Shown piece after piece: positions 49,987 through 62,974 of a DNA stretch of 64,000 bases (position 1 is its first letter; every line of letters begins with the position of its first letter). Source of the DNA: Vicugna vicugna (taxonomy: Eukaryota). The notes under the pieces are model-generated. The model did no database searches. It worked only from the letters and a program-made list of their open reading frames with translations, and was not told the origin of the DNA. Location: contig MU058687.1 in NCBI GenBank assembly GCA_013265495.1, positions 2,792,001-2,856,000 of the forward strand. Direction: 5' to 3'. The position numbers and the translations under genes are program-made.

Positions 49987-50877
49987 GGCGGCAGCTCATC
50001 CCAGCTCCAGTCGTGGACCGTCCAGCCCTCCTTTGAGGTGATCTCGGCACAGCCGCAGCTCTTATTCCTTCATCCACCTGTGCCATCTCCCGTCAGCCCC
50101 TGTCACGCTGGTGAGAAAAAGTCGGACTCCAGGAACTACTTGCCCATTCTAAATTCTTACACCAAAATAGCCCCACACCCAGGCAAAAGGGGCCTTTCCC
50201 TCAGCACGGAAGAAAGAGAAGGTGGAACGCAGAAGAAGGTCTGTACTGAGAGACTGGGGCCAAGCTTGTCTTCTCGCGAGCCGAACAAGACTGGCGCTGT
50301 GCCATCCAGGCCCCCGACGCCAGCGCCCCCCAGTGCCAGGCTTGCTGAGGACTCAGCTCTCCGGGGTGTGCCATCCCTGGTGGCAGGTGGAAGTCCACAG
50401 ACTCTTCAGCCCGTGTCCAGCAGCCACGTGGCTAAAGCTCCCAGCCTGACCTTTGCTTCCCCCGCCAGCCCCGTCTGCGCGTCAGACAGCACGCTGCATG
50501 GGGTAGAGAGCAGCTCCCCGCTGTCCCCACTGTCGGCCAGTTACAGCTCACCTCTGTGGGCCGCAGAGCACCTCTGCCGCAGCCCGGATGGCTTTGCGGA
50601 GCAGCGGCAGAGTAAACACAGGCGCTTTCAGAATACCCTGGTGGTCCTGCACAAGTCTGGCTTGCTGGAGATCACTTTGAAAACCAAGGAGTTGATTCGT
50701 CAGAACCAAGCAACTCAGGTGGAACTAGAGCAGCTGAAGGAGCAGACCCGGCTGTTTATAGAGGCTGCCAAGAGCAGGGCTCCTCAGGCTTGGGCCAGGC
50801 TGCAGGCGTCTTTAACATCAGGGTCAGGTCACACTGGCAGTGACCTAGAAGCATTCTCTGATCAGCCAGACATATAA
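49987..50877 (+). CDS. CIPC: CIPC last coding exon ([10 protein letters not shown]...[17 protein letters not shown]...[44 protein letters not shown]...SDQPDI*), containing the C-terminal CLOCK-binding coiled coil; full protein 398 aa
   Basis: Acceptor ttttccttggttttcag|GGC; in frame with track ORF 50038..50877; sequence recognisably CIPC; 136+170+891 nt = 399 codons including stop. Confidence 0.97.
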   Translation, partial: GGSSSQLQSWTVQPSFEVISAQPQLLFLHPPVPSPVSPCHAGEKKSDSRNYLPILNSYTKIAPHPGKRGLSLSTEEREGGTQKKVCTERLGPSLSSREPNKTGAVPSRPPTPAPPSARLAEDSALRGVPSLVAGGSPQTLQPVSSSHVAKAPSLTFASPASPVCASDSTLHGVESSSPLSPLSASYSSPLWAAEHLCRSPDGFAEQRQSKHRRFQNTLVVLHKSGLLEITLKTKELIRQNQATQVELEQLKEQTRLFIEAAKSRAPQAWARLQASLTSGSGHTGSDLEAFSDQPDI

Positions 50878-53515
50878 CATAGAAGGCAAATTTTCCTTTT
50901 ACTTGAGTGATTCTTTTGAACTCTTTTACCATCATCTTCTGTTCCCCAAAGCTTTCTTTCTAAACTTAAACTGTTCAGCGGTTCACTTATAAAGCCACAT
51001 GCGAATACTGGGCTGCTGTTGTAACCTGTGGTTTCTGCAGTTTTCCTTTGTCTCCGTTCCACTGAGAACCTCAGATTTGGGTGTCCTTGAGTCCCTCTTC
51101 CTTAGCTTGTAGGCGTTTAGATGGATCCAGGGCAAAGCGGGGGAGATGAGCGCGTGGGACCCTTCTCGCTGTCACCTCCCACCATCCCACTCACTAACCA
51201 TGATCACGAATGCAGTGACACAGGTGAGCATAGAGTGACACCTGTCAAGCCAAGGAGTAGGTGACATACGGTGCCCTTCGTGGCTCCTCCCTTCAAGGTC
51301 ATAGTCACAGAGGAAAATAAGAGGAGGGTGTTTGCATTCCACAAGGCATTGTGCCCTTTGGAAGAAACCTAAAATGCTTTGGGCACTGGTTGATCCTTGG
51401 GTGCAAGCACTTAATCACTTAAAGCTTCGTTTTCTTAAACTTGAAAGTCAAGGGGAAAGGGTAGTGCCATTTATCTCTTAGACTTTAACCACAAGCCAGA
51501 TTTTTCTTCACTTAAACTGGTAGTCGAAATACTTCAGATTTGTAAAGTATGGAATGGATTTTGGACCATCTGGAACTACAATTGATGAGCTGCTTTTTTG
51601 AATTAGAGTCTGAAGAAGGGAGAAATAGCTAGTATCTCTTGGTCAGGAGCCGAAAGTGTCTGGTAATTTATGCTTTTCCCCCCCTTCTTTTGAAACAATG
51701 CAACCTGTGTTACGTGTGAAAATCTTAAAGACAGCTTTACGATTCCCGATAGTGTAATACAAGTCAACCCTCTGCTGCCACCTTTTTTTCCCGTTTGTTT
51801 TTACAAAAGAAGAAAGAAATGATTATTATGCTTGATAAACTTTGAATTAAAATCATTGTAAGTTTATGACATACAAGTCCAGAAAAATCAGAAAACATTC
51901 TTGTTAATCCATTTTTCTTCCACATCGGAGTTCTCATTTGTTGTCCCACGTCACAATGATGTGGAGCAGTCTTCCGTGTTTCTTTTGTGCATTAGATTTT
52001 GGCAGCAAAGCCAAAGGTGTGGTGGGCTTTATGAGGCCCATCTAGAAACAGAGTATTATGAGAACTTACAGATGATACACACACTTTCAGCCTCATTGTA
52101 AACTAGATTTCTAAGTAGTAACGTTGCCAACTTTTTATCCTCCCATTTAAAAATTTCATTCTCTTGAAAATCTTTGTACAGATTACCTTAATAGGAAGTT
52201 CTGTATGACCAACTTAATCTTTCCTGCAAGGAAAATGTTCTCTGAAGGCCAGAAGCTAATGCTCATATTTCCTAGGTAGTTGTAACTCTAACATAGTTTT
52301 AAAATTACAAGGCTTCGAATTGCCTGCATTTTGTTCTCTAACACATGATTTAGACATGACCAATTTAGAAATAAACAACTCAGTAAAATCTCTAGACTCT
52401 CCTGATTAATGCAGAATTACTACCTGCCATTTGCTTCCTGAAAGAATTTCAAAAATCGAGCAAATGTGTTTTTAAGCAGACTCAGCTCCTTTTAGTATTT
52501 TTCCCTTGGCCCACTCCCTTTTCCTCCCCTGAATCTGTGTGGTGCTACGGCAGCTCTGCTCTGCACACCATGCTAGGAAGCTTCCTTTTTGGCAGAAAAT
52601 GTTTGGCAGGAAAGCCATAGAGACAGGTGCGTTCAGAACAGCCTGGGCACCAGTCATGGGTCTTACTGAGTCAAAAATCTGAACACACTTGCTGAGAACC
52701 AAATTTATTCCATCGGAAAAACCCTCTGTGGAGCTGTACGTCTCTTGGACTTGTCTTCCTAGATTAAGTTTTGCATTTCCCCCCATCACAGTAAAAGATG
52801 ATGAAAGCCGTCATTGATCCTCACTGCTGAGTGGCAGGAGAAGCAGCACCAGCCCCAGCTCTTCTCTGATCTTGCAACTTAGTGCTGAAAGTCTCTCTAG
52901 GCTGTTAGCATGGGTGTTCTTGCCCTAGTGGAGCAGTATGCAGATGGAGCCAAGCAGAGAAGCTAGATAGTGGAAGGGGAGATCATTGAGGCTAGCAGAC
53001 ATTTGGGGCCAGAAGCCACATCGGCAAATGGAGGAACCTCGGAGTTGACCAGAAAGATCACCGTTGGTAGCACAAGGCTGTAAGTAGTGATGGTCTCAGT
53101 GATGTGTGGCTTGATCTGGTATGAAATACTGTGGAAAAGCTACTGTTTTCTGAAAGTGAGAGGCCATTCTTAGCTCAAACCAACCCTTAAGAGAAGTTTT
53201 GGCAGATGGTGTGGGCAGTATTGAAACACACCCAGGAAAAACCGCTGATTGAAGTGGTTATGAGAATGGGTTCAGTGACATTTGTAATTTATTATGCTCC
53301 TGTTGCTTTTTATTGATTACGGCATTGTCGGACTTTACTATGATTCCTTCGGCAGAGAAGTAACTTGTGCATATATTGAAGTGTTTTTCCAGTGAATTCT
53401 TTAGGGTAGAGACTTATTTACCAAATGTGAATACTTTTGAGTAAGTTTGAAGTTTTGTAGAAATTGACTGTGAAATGTCAGAGAAAAATAAAAGTCACTT
53501 ACTTGAAAACTATTT
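50878..53515 (+). other. CIPC: CIPC 3'UTR (end approximate)
   Basis: Repeat-poor, AT-rich sequence after the stop codon, ending at AATAAA with U/GU-rich sequence downstream. Confidence 0.65.
53487..53492 (+). terminator. CIPC: Probable distal polyadenylation signal AATAAA (proximal candidates: ATTAAA 51846, AATAAA 52370)
   Basis: gaaaaATAAAagtcac followed by T-rich tatttggccttttggctttt. Confidence 0.6.
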
Positions 53516-54659
53516 GGCCTTTTGGCTTTATAACTGCTTAAAATACTAAGTGAAATCAAGAGTAGATGTTTGATTGATTTAGCTTTCACACACACACTTG
53601 TGTCATTTGGGAATTTGGGGATTAGATACTGAACTTGCGGAAATTCATTGTTCAGATTTTCACCAGTGTGAACTTAAAGGAACTGCAGCCACTGTTAAGG
53701 CAAATGGATAGTCCAACATTCCCTGGAGCCTTGGAGGTTTATACTGGGCGGGTTGGGAGGAGAGGGGATACAATCCAATGATTTCTTCTATCTGATATGA
53801 CACTTAGACAAACAGAATTTTTAAGTGACAAAACTACATCTGTCTGCTGGGATAAACTAAATCCACATTAGGTGAAGCTCTTTCTTACAACAGAGAGGTC
53901 CTTAGCAAGTACATCTCCAAGCCTTTTCCTTCATGTTTCTCTAAGTTAATTCCTAAGGCTCTGCTCCTCCTTGTCAGGGTTCACCTGGAGAATCTCAAGA
54001 GGAAGATGTGCAGAGTCTTCCCTGCTCTCCGAGGCCAGTCAGGATACCCTTCCTGGGATTTTTAAGTCACTGGGAAAACAAAAAGCTTATCCTCATTTAT
54101 GGGCCTGGAGGGTTGCCATAGTCTAATTCTTAATAGCATTATTTCTGTCCTACACAATTTTCTAAGTAACTTTTAAAAATATGACTGTAGGATCACCAAA
54201 ATGAAAAATGAGTACTGATGGCTAGAGGAGGCCCCTCCTGAAATAGAGGCTCATCCTCCCATAAGCGATGGAATCCAGACATGAGAGCCCACAATGTGGA
54301 TCCTGAGAGGCTGGGAGAACCCTGTTGTTCACGTTGTAGTCCCTGGCCCTTCAGCATGATTCCTGTATGTGGAAATGCTTGTCCAGCTCGGATGCATGCC
54401 TGTTTGCAAACTTGTCTGTTTAGTACCCTTTCATGGCATCATTGTCGATTGTAGCCTGGTGCAGTGGGGTCTAAAGACCTGCCTGCACCTGTCACATCTG
54501 TTACTCATTAACTGGGTGACTTTGGATAAGTCACTTAACCTCTAGTATCACTCGTCTCAGTTGAATAATGAAGAATTGGAATTGGTTCTCTCCACGGTTC
54601 TTCCCAACTCTAACCATTTGTAAGACCTCTAGCTGTTTTACATGCGAGCCATAAAATTA

Positions 54660-55157
54660 CAAATCTTCCTCAGTTTACAGTGGGGTTATATCCTGATAAA
54701 CTAAACCTGTCATGAGTTGAAAATATCCTAGGTCGAAAATGCATTTAATACGTCTAACCCACCAAACATCATAGCTTGCTTAGCCCAGCCTGCTTTAATT
54801 GTGCTTGGAACACTTACATTAGCCTTCAACTGGGCAAATCATCTGACAGAAAGCCTGTTTTATAATAAAGTGTTGGGTATCTCACATACTTTGTTGACTG
54901 CTGTACTGAAAGTGAAGACAGAACAGTCGTCTGGGTCCGGGATGGCGGTCAGTGTATCAGTTGTTGACCCTCGTGATCGTGTGGCTGACTGGGAGCTGCG
55001 ATCACTGCCCAGCATCACGAGAGGATGTACCACACATCACTACTCGGGAAAAGGTCAGAATTCAAAAAGCATGGCTTCTACAGGATGCCCGTCTCTTTCA
55101 CTCCAGCGTAAAGTCAAAAAACCTTAAATTGAACCATTATGAGTAGGGGACTATCTG
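54660..55157. mobile_element. MER47-type TcMar-Tigger DNA transposon with TA target duplication
   Basis: TA|caaatcttcctcagtttacagtggggtta...gaaaatgcatttaata...catcatagctt...ggggactatctg|TA. Confidence 0.8.
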
Positions 55158-58100
55158 TAATAGATTAAATTTTAAAGAAAACCCTGGGATGCCTGCAACA
55201 TAGGTTCCTAGTGCTCTGGTGAGTTGATTTTAAAGTATTCTGTCAGATTTTAAACTTATTATCTGTGACTCTGGGAGAAGCATTTTGCCAGCCTGCATTG
55301 GTTTTGCCTTTCTTATGATTACCTGGTTGCAGCTCATGGACTCACTAACTCCCATATAAAACACTGCTCTGGAACAAAGAATTATTAGCCTCAACAGAGA
55401 ATAATTATGTCCTTTCCTAGTCAATCATCTGCAAATAGCTCTTTTGTCTGACAAAGGGCATAACAGGTTTTATATTTTGGAGAGTATGTCGATTTTATTT
55501 TGTCCCCGATCTCTCTCCCTCAACCTTTAAAATCCTTTCTTTTGGCCCAGTCCCTTTGCCTCCTGTGGGTCTGTGTGGTGCTGCAGCAGCCCTGCTCTGT
55601 GCGCCGTGCTAGGAAGCTTCCTTTGTTTCTGTGTGTGTTATGAGGAGCCTCTTAGGTTGGTTTAATGGTACTTTACTGGTAAATAGTCACAGACACGCAG
55701 ATGTCGTGGTACTTTGGGAGGACTTTATTCTGGCACCAGCCTCTGGGTATCACCCTTCAATCCCCATCGGGAGAAAGATCAGAGATAGGAAAAGGTCTGC
55801 CTAGGGGACAGCACAATCAGCGGCTGGAGAGAAAGAGGTAGCAGGAAGCAGCTTTATCTCTGCTACCTCAGTCTCCTTTATCATAAGAGAAAGGGAGCAA
55901 TCCTTGCTGTCTACTTGACATCCTGAGACTCTGGTGAAGTACAAAAAAGTGGTATCTCCATAGTGTTTTTAAATTGCTCCACAGTGCAAGGCAGCCTCCT
56001 TGCACACAAACCCAGCGAGGGAGATCAGGTGGTGGCATGATACCCTTTAAGGGTTGTCATTTGCTTGGAATCGTTAACAATATCTTCTACCAGAATTTCA
56101 TTGACAACTAACGGGAAGACGGCCAAATCTCAACCCAGGCTTTGACTCGTTTCCTGGAAGGAGATATTCTGTGGGTCCACAGACTCCTGTGACCACTTTG
56201 ACTTTTCTCTCAGAATTTCTCCTCCTTTCATATATATAACACGTGGCTTTCCTATCTCTTTCTGAAAGATGGTTATGCAAGACATTAGAGAATTGCTTGA
56301 AAGAACAATCTGTGTGGTTCCTGCCTCAAATTACAGCATCTGGAGGAGATGAGAAAGAAAGAGAGAAAAGCCTGTGGAGTACAACGTTAACACAGCGAGT
56401 GGGTGGAAGCTGTTAGGAAATGAAAGGGAATAAAAACTGAAAGTCAGATCCGAGGCCAGCCCACGTGAGGGCCCCAGCCAGGCTGAATGATGAGCGTTTG
56501 CAGCGAGGCCTTCAGAGTGGTTCTAGAGCATGAAAGTAAAAATAGGTGCCTTTAATTTTCCTAAAGCCTCACTTTATCTCAGGAATTTCAGTGGCCTTGC
56601 AGGACTGCTCGCTAATTCTGGTAAATGTCTCTATCATGGAAGCAGGCTAGGGCCTCTGTCTCTGTTCTCCGGGGGCACCCACAAGCCTTTGGCCACTGGC
56701 CGGGCAGATGGGAGTGCTTAGCCTGGAGCCCATCCTCAGTCTGGGGCTGAGGGCACAGCAGCTCCTGGGTCCCGGCTGAGAAACCCAGATCTGCGAGTAC
56801 TTACAGACAGTAAAACCATACTAATACCCCACCGGAGAGCTGGGCAGAAATCACCATCTCTGTTCGCCCCTGATACAAATTCCTGCTTCCCCAGAGTCAG
56901 GGGAAGAGAAGAAGCTTAAAGATACCCATAAATAAAAAAAAAATGCACCTTCAGTAGGCACTGCATCCTGTTTAACCAATGCAGGAAAGCCTGGTTCTGG
57001 AGGTCCAGTGGTCTCCCTAGAGAATGATTAATTCTGACTCCCATCTGTTCTGCAGCAAGGCTTCTGGGCTTCTCCTCGCCTGTCACTGGGCTGCTGGGGA
57101 AATGCAAATGAGTGTTCACTTAAGCAAAACACACAGAGGAAGGGCAGTGAATCACCAAAACAAACAGTCCAGGATACCTCCAGCTGACAAGGCAGTCACA
57201 GCCTGGTTTAGACAGCATGCTTTCACTGGAGGTCCTGGTGCTCTGGCGGACCAAGAAGGGCCAGGGTAACTTTAAAGTGAAAGCTTTTTTTTTTTAAGCC
57301 TCAAGCCGATACTTGTCTGGTCAAGATGTATCTGGAAGCTTGTGCTGCTTGCGTTCTTGAAGTACTTCCCGAGGCTCAGAAAGCCTGCGCTACAAAGACC
57401 CTAGCTGATAAGTTATTAATGTTGCCGATTGTACTAGTCGGGTCAGGTGGCGGTGACAGGACGAGCCTCCTGGTCCTGCCAACTGCAGGGAGTTTGGAAA
57501 TGTGGGAGAGCGTGTACTCGGTGGTACATGTCTCTGCCACACTGATTTTTTTTTTTAATCAACGGGAAAAAGTGCTCTGGGACCCACAGGTTCAGAGGTG
57601 AGCCGGCACCTGACAGCACAGGTCAGTCCCACGATAGGTCCCACTTTGGGGGCCTTTAAAGATCCACAGATGTAGTCCTCACTACTCAGATTTTCACCCC
57701 CCACCCCCATCTCACACCCAAATTAGTATTCTCCAACCCTGATCATTTCCACTTCTGAAAGTTTTAATGTTTCCTGAAGCTTACCCGACCAAGACATTGT
57801 CATTGTTATTTCAGAGTAACAAATAACATCAAATTGTCAATACATTTATGTCCCAGATGCTGACCTGGATGTAGGGTATAAAATGGTAAATGAAATAGAC
57901 ATTCCCTGATTCTGTTCTGATGGAAGGGTAGCAATGACCATCAATTAGTCAATCGCCCCTTTGATGGTTTGGGTCTCACCAGGTCTTATACATTCAGAGC
58001 TGAGTGTGTTAGCCTGGGCAAGGTGATAAGGCCTACTCACTTATACTTTTATGTCAAAAGTTAACCTTTGGTTTTAGCATCTTTTGATTAGGGCAAGAGT

Positions 58101-59306
58101 CCTTCATGTTAAACTCCTAGTTGAGAACAGAAGTGTTGATAGAGGCACAATATGTTAATTAGTTGATAAGTTTCACTCCCACACCAAGCACACTAGGAAG
58201 TGGATTATCCTGTTTGGTGACACCTTCAGACTTCTGGGCTCACCCACAACAGTACCTGTATTTGCTTTCCTCAGCCTTCCCCCAGCTGCTGCCAGCAGAA
58301 GCATTCACACCACCCCAAGCCTGAGCACCTCCTTAAGTTTTGCACTGTGGGCCCAGCCCTGGCAGCACCAAACACTTCCTGAGGCCCGGGGCCTACAGAA
58401 AGACACATGTGGTCCTCAGCCTTGGAGCCCTCACAGCTGAGCCAGGAGATGTGACTCATGGGAAGAGGAACAATGCAAGGTAGCCTGGCTGGTGCCCCAG
58501 GCCAATTACAGACCAGAGTGGCAGGAGCCTTCCAAGGCCTGGGAAGGAATGCAAGGCGAGCTGAGATTTGAGCTCAGCCTTGGTGTAGGGTGGAGGTTAG
58601 ATAAACTAAGAGGAAGGGAAACAGCATTTGAACCATAGGAAAAAGCATAGGTAGAGGCATCATGATGAGATGGAAATAGGACTTTGGATTGGGATCTGGT
58701 GCCTGTGTGATCCTGGCAAGTTACATAACCTCTCTGGTCCTTGTTTCCTCATTTGTTAGATTACTCTCTACTCTAAAGGTTATTGTGCAATAAGGTACAA
58801 AGTGTCTAGTACACTGGCCCCACATGGGGCAGGGGAGGTGTTCAAGAAACAATAATCAAAGACTTACTGCAGGTGAGACATGCAGTTTGAGGAGGGAGGG
58901 TGGGGCCAGCTGAGCTGGCCTCAGTCCAGGGTCAGCCTTTCACGTGGAACTTACCAGGCAGTGAGCATCAAATCAATCCTAGCCGGCCTCCCACACCCTG
59001 CTGCACCAAAAATATAGCCCCTCCTTATTACACACCCTGCAGAGTACTTGGCAAGCATGCTCTCCCAGCCCATCCTAGTCCTCACCCCTCTTTTGGGCTA
59101 TGTAGCCAGGGGATGGGGAGCTATTGAGGAGTCAGGATTGATTGCAGGCCTCACCCTAGCCAGAATCCTTAATCTCACACCTGGCCCAACCTCCTAGCTG
59201 GTGACTCAGCCTCCAGTCTCCACACAGTCTGTCCTCCACACCTGTATCAGGTGAATGTCTTCAAATCGCCTTGCTCACGTTACTGCTCTCCTCAGGCACC
59301 TCCAGT

Positions 59307-59700
59307 GCAGTGGTTCTAGGCTTGGGTGCAGAGTGGAGGCCGCTGGGAAGCTCTTAAAATCCTGATGCCCAGGCCACATCCCAGACCAATTCTGTCAGAT
59401 TCTCTAGGAGCTAAGACCTCCCCTACTCAACCCCCATAAGTCATTTTTATAGCTCCTCAGAGGATCACAAATGTGGGGACAAAACTGGGAGCTATTGCAA
59501 AGGCTCCCTGTTGTGGGATTGGGCCTGGGGCTAGGGGGAGAAGGGTCCAGCCCCACACGGGGCAGGAAGCATGATTGGTAGCACCACCATCCCCGGAGCT
59601 TCTTAGAAATGCAGGATCATAGGCCCAGCTGATTGGGAATCTGCATTTTCACCAGGTCCCCAGGTGATTCCTGCACACTGTCAAGTTTGAGAAACATTGG
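59307..59700. mobile_element. Two MER5-type MITEs
   Basis: cagtggttctaggcttgg...cctgatgcccaggccac; ttagaaatgcaggat...ccccaggtgattcctgcacac..aagtttgagaaac. Confidence 0.6.
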
Positions 59701-60334
59701 CACCAGCTTTTACTAGCTCACTGTGGTCCAAGTGCAGTGCCAGGTATTTACACACACCACCTCATTTCATCCTCACAGCCTATTAGCTTTTAGTAACCCT
59801 CTGACAAACAAGGAAACACCTGCCATTCGTTCAATAAATCCTTACTGAGTGTATAATATGAGAGAAGCTCTGTGCTAGGGGCTAGGGATAAAAAAAACAG
59901 AAGCTCCCCTGCTGGACAAGCACTCAGGGGCCAATAGGGTATGATGTCAGCATCATCACTTAAAAGCTGTGCGTTCCTGGGTGACTTCCTCCGTCTCTCT
60001 GAACTCCTTTCCTCTTGGGCAGATCTGGGCTGTGGTCATATTCAGTGATTTTCCCTAAGCCAGGTACTCACCAGAAGGCCCCATCTAGCATGAGGTCAAG
60101 AATGGCTGTTACAAGTTACAAGTAAAAACACTACCAGGTCGTCGGGATTGTGGGGAGGAGGTGGAATGGGATGGGGAAGGTGGTGCTGGCAGAGAGGAAG
60201 CAGGGATGAGAGCGAGGTCATGAGTGCTAAGAACCTCCCAGGAGGTGATGCCCTGGGGTGGGGCCAGGGTGTGGACAGGTTGCCCTGCCCTCGCACTCCC
60301 CGGCTCCATTTCTCTATGAAATCGTAATAAACTG

Positions 60335-60467
60335 TTTTTTGGGGGGGGGTTTGGGGTTTTTTTGTTTGTTTGGTTTTTTTTGATAGGGGTTTGGAGATAC
60401 TGGGGATTGAACCCAAGACCTCACGCATGCTAGGCATGTATTTTACCACTTGAGCTATACCCTCCCC
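60335..60467 (-). mobile_element. Vic-1-type camelid tRNA-derived SINE
   Basis: Reverse complement reads ggggagggtatagctcaagtggtaaaatacatgcctagcatgcgtgaggtcttgggttcaatccccagtatctcc plus A-rich tail. Confidence 0.85.
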
Positions 60468-60539
60468 ACTCCGGGCCCCATTTCTCTGGATCAGGCTGGT
60501 TCTTCTCACTTTTCTGACGAGTCAGACCACTATTAGCAG

Positions 60540-61270
60540 CACCAGTCTGGGCCCAGATCTCGCCCTCTGCTCCTTGAAGCCCTTTGTGGCTCGGCTAGGC
60601 AAGAAACCCAGCAGCCTTTACAGACGGGTCTTGGTTCGCCCTCCTGCGCCCCACCTTGGCCTGCGGAGCGTGGGCGCCCCCTTCTGGCGGAGCCGAGCCA
60701 CGGCAGCGGGCCCTGGCAGGTCTCCTGGATGCCAAGCGCGACGGGGAAGCGCAGCCCCACCTGAGGCTGAGACCCAGCGCTGCGTGGCCATGGTCCCAAT
60801 TCCAGGGCCTGTGTGGAACTGCTGTCCTGGCCTACGCGGGGGTCTGAGGGATCGGTTTAGGGGTTTCCTGTTCGTCGGAGTGCACCATTGTTTCCTGTGA
60901 TTTAATTTTCTCTCCTGAAAGCATTGCTAATTAAATCCTTTCTTTGGCGAGCCGTCGTCCCCCCTCCCCTGCTCCTCTGTTTATTAATTACCCAGCACGT
61001 GCGAGGGAGTTCTCAGCCTCAGCTGCCAGGCGTGCTCAGGTGCATGGGCCCGGCTGCTCCAGGCGTGCTCAGGTGCATGGGCCCGGCTGCTCGCTCCGCT
61101 GGCCACCTCCTTGGCTCCCTCCTCGAGTCTCTCAGGCTCTTTTCACCTGGACCATATGAGCAATCCTTGCAAGTCTGATTAAAAGCAGAAACAGCCCTTT
61201 TCCTGCTGGTGGTGACCTCTGCTGGCTTGGAATCCATCAAAATCAAATTCATGTCGTTTTGCCTTCCCTG
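60540..61270. promoter_or_regulatory. Orphan CpG island / enhancer-like element
   Basis: CpG-rich 60560-61100; TAATTAA and ATTAATTA homeobox motifs; CACGTG 60996-61001. Confidence 0.55.
61026..61091. repeat. Perfect 33-bp tandem duplication ccaggcgtgctcaggtgcatgggcccggctgct x2
   Basis: Read directly; also seen as duplicated PGVLRCMGPAA in ORF 60924..61178. Confidence 0.95.
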
Positions 61271-62974
61271 TCTTTCCAGCTCTGAAGTCATACCATTCAC
61301 TGCTTTTTCTACAAAGCACTCTTCCTGCCTTCTCCCCAGCTGCCCACAGCACAGCACACTAGGCTGAGGTTTCCCAGGCTGGGCCCAGGGGCTTGTGGAA
61401 AGTCACACAGCATATCTAGGGCATAGTTGGGACCAGAACTCAGCTCTCCTGAAGCATAGCCTCCCAGGAGTCCCAAACTCAGAAGCCTCCAGGGGCCAAA
61501 CAGGCATCGCAAAAAGTGTGGGCAGCTCTGTATTGGACAGGGGGGAGGGGTGGAGTCTGTGGCAAAAAAGAACTGTGCTTGCTTCTTTAGAGGAGGGTCA
61601 TTCTTACAATGACCATTGAGGGCCAAGAATGTCCAATTTTTGATAAGTCTGAGTGAGTCCAATATCCAAGGATGGCAGTGATTTGCCCAGGGTCACATGG
61701 GGACTCAGCAGCAGAACCCCTGGGCACTCTGGACTCACAGAGCAATGATCTTTCCAAGATGCCACTTACTGGATAGGGGATACGTGAGCCTCCCCCAGCC
61801 CCACTTCTGCCCATTCAAGACCTAGTTCTGCCCCATATGGCGGAGAAATTTCCCAGGCTGGCTCCCCTCCCACTGCTCATGCAGGGTCTCCTTCCCTTCA
61901 GACCACTTCATGCCTTGGAATCCACTCTCGCCTCCTCTTTATCTGAAATCCCCCATTCAGTCTGCTTCTGGCCCTCAGCTGGCTATCAGGCAGAAAAAGA
62001 AGGCAGCTCAAGCAAATCCCAGAATTTGAAAGAGGGGGGCGATGCTATTTTTAAGGAGATATTGATGGTGGGGATTTCAGGCCTCACGAGCAGGCCAGAA
62101 AGGGGCATTTGGAGACAGGGACCCTGGGAAGGAGCCCCCACACGGGACTGCATCCCGTCTGGAAGCCTCCCAGTGCTGACTCTCAGCTGCTCTTGGCCCC
62201 GGGTTCCAGGTCAGTGCTCTGCTCCCTGCCTGCTGAGCATTGGGCTGACACTGCTTTCAGTGGGGAGGACATTAACATGTGATCTCACTTCACCAGCCAT
62301 CCCTTTGGCCCCTTCAGAGGCTTCTCTTTTCCCAAATGTTGTGTATGAGCTTTGGCAGATGTCTTTCTTTGTCCTCGGAGCCCATTCCATTTTAGGGTCT
62401 TTGGTACCTCCCCTGCCCTGGTCTCTAGGCGTGAGTGTGAGATGTGTCCAGCTGTGCTCAGCCTTCTGGCAGGGTCTGGTCCCCTCCTGCAGGGGAGGGT
62501 CCCCCTGACACTGCCTGGGAGGGTAGAAGCCCAGAAATAGCTCAGGTCTTTTCCCCTGGCTGAGCACCATCCCTGAGCCCTGGGGAGGGTCCCCAGGCTG
62601 AACTGTCCTCAGACTTCCACAATCAGTCTCTGGAAGAAGCTGCTTCACCAGGGCAACTGGCCATAATCATCAGGCTTGGAGGGACCAGATATACCTCGTA
62701 GGCCCTAAAATCAACCTGTTTTCACTGCACAGTCACCTTAAGCAGCTGACTGCTCTGTGAAGACAGAAGCTAAGCCCAGTTCCTTTCTCTGTCCCCACCA
62801 CTGCCTATCATGCAGTAGGTGCTCAATATATGTGTTGAATGAATCAATCAATCAATGAATGGATGAATAAAAACCCAACTCCTTGTTACTTTTCAGGAGG
62901 GAATTTATTGGATATCTATACCCAATAGTCCACAGTAGAAAAACAATCCAGTGTCTGAGTTAAAAGGATAAACT

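Noticed and set aside
50038..50877. Track ORF treated as a stand-alone 279-aa gene
   Set aside because: The GTG start is internal; the ORF is the last exon of spliced CIPC, which begins at 49987
58720..58729. Perfect D-box GTTACATAAC
   Set aside because: Sits within a MIR core (caagttacttaacc variant), so it is likely a chance mutation product
61837..62508. 223-aa ATG ORF
   Set aside because: No similarity to ZDHHC22, TMEM63C or any domain I recognise; Leu/Ser/Pro-rich composition typical of chance ORFs
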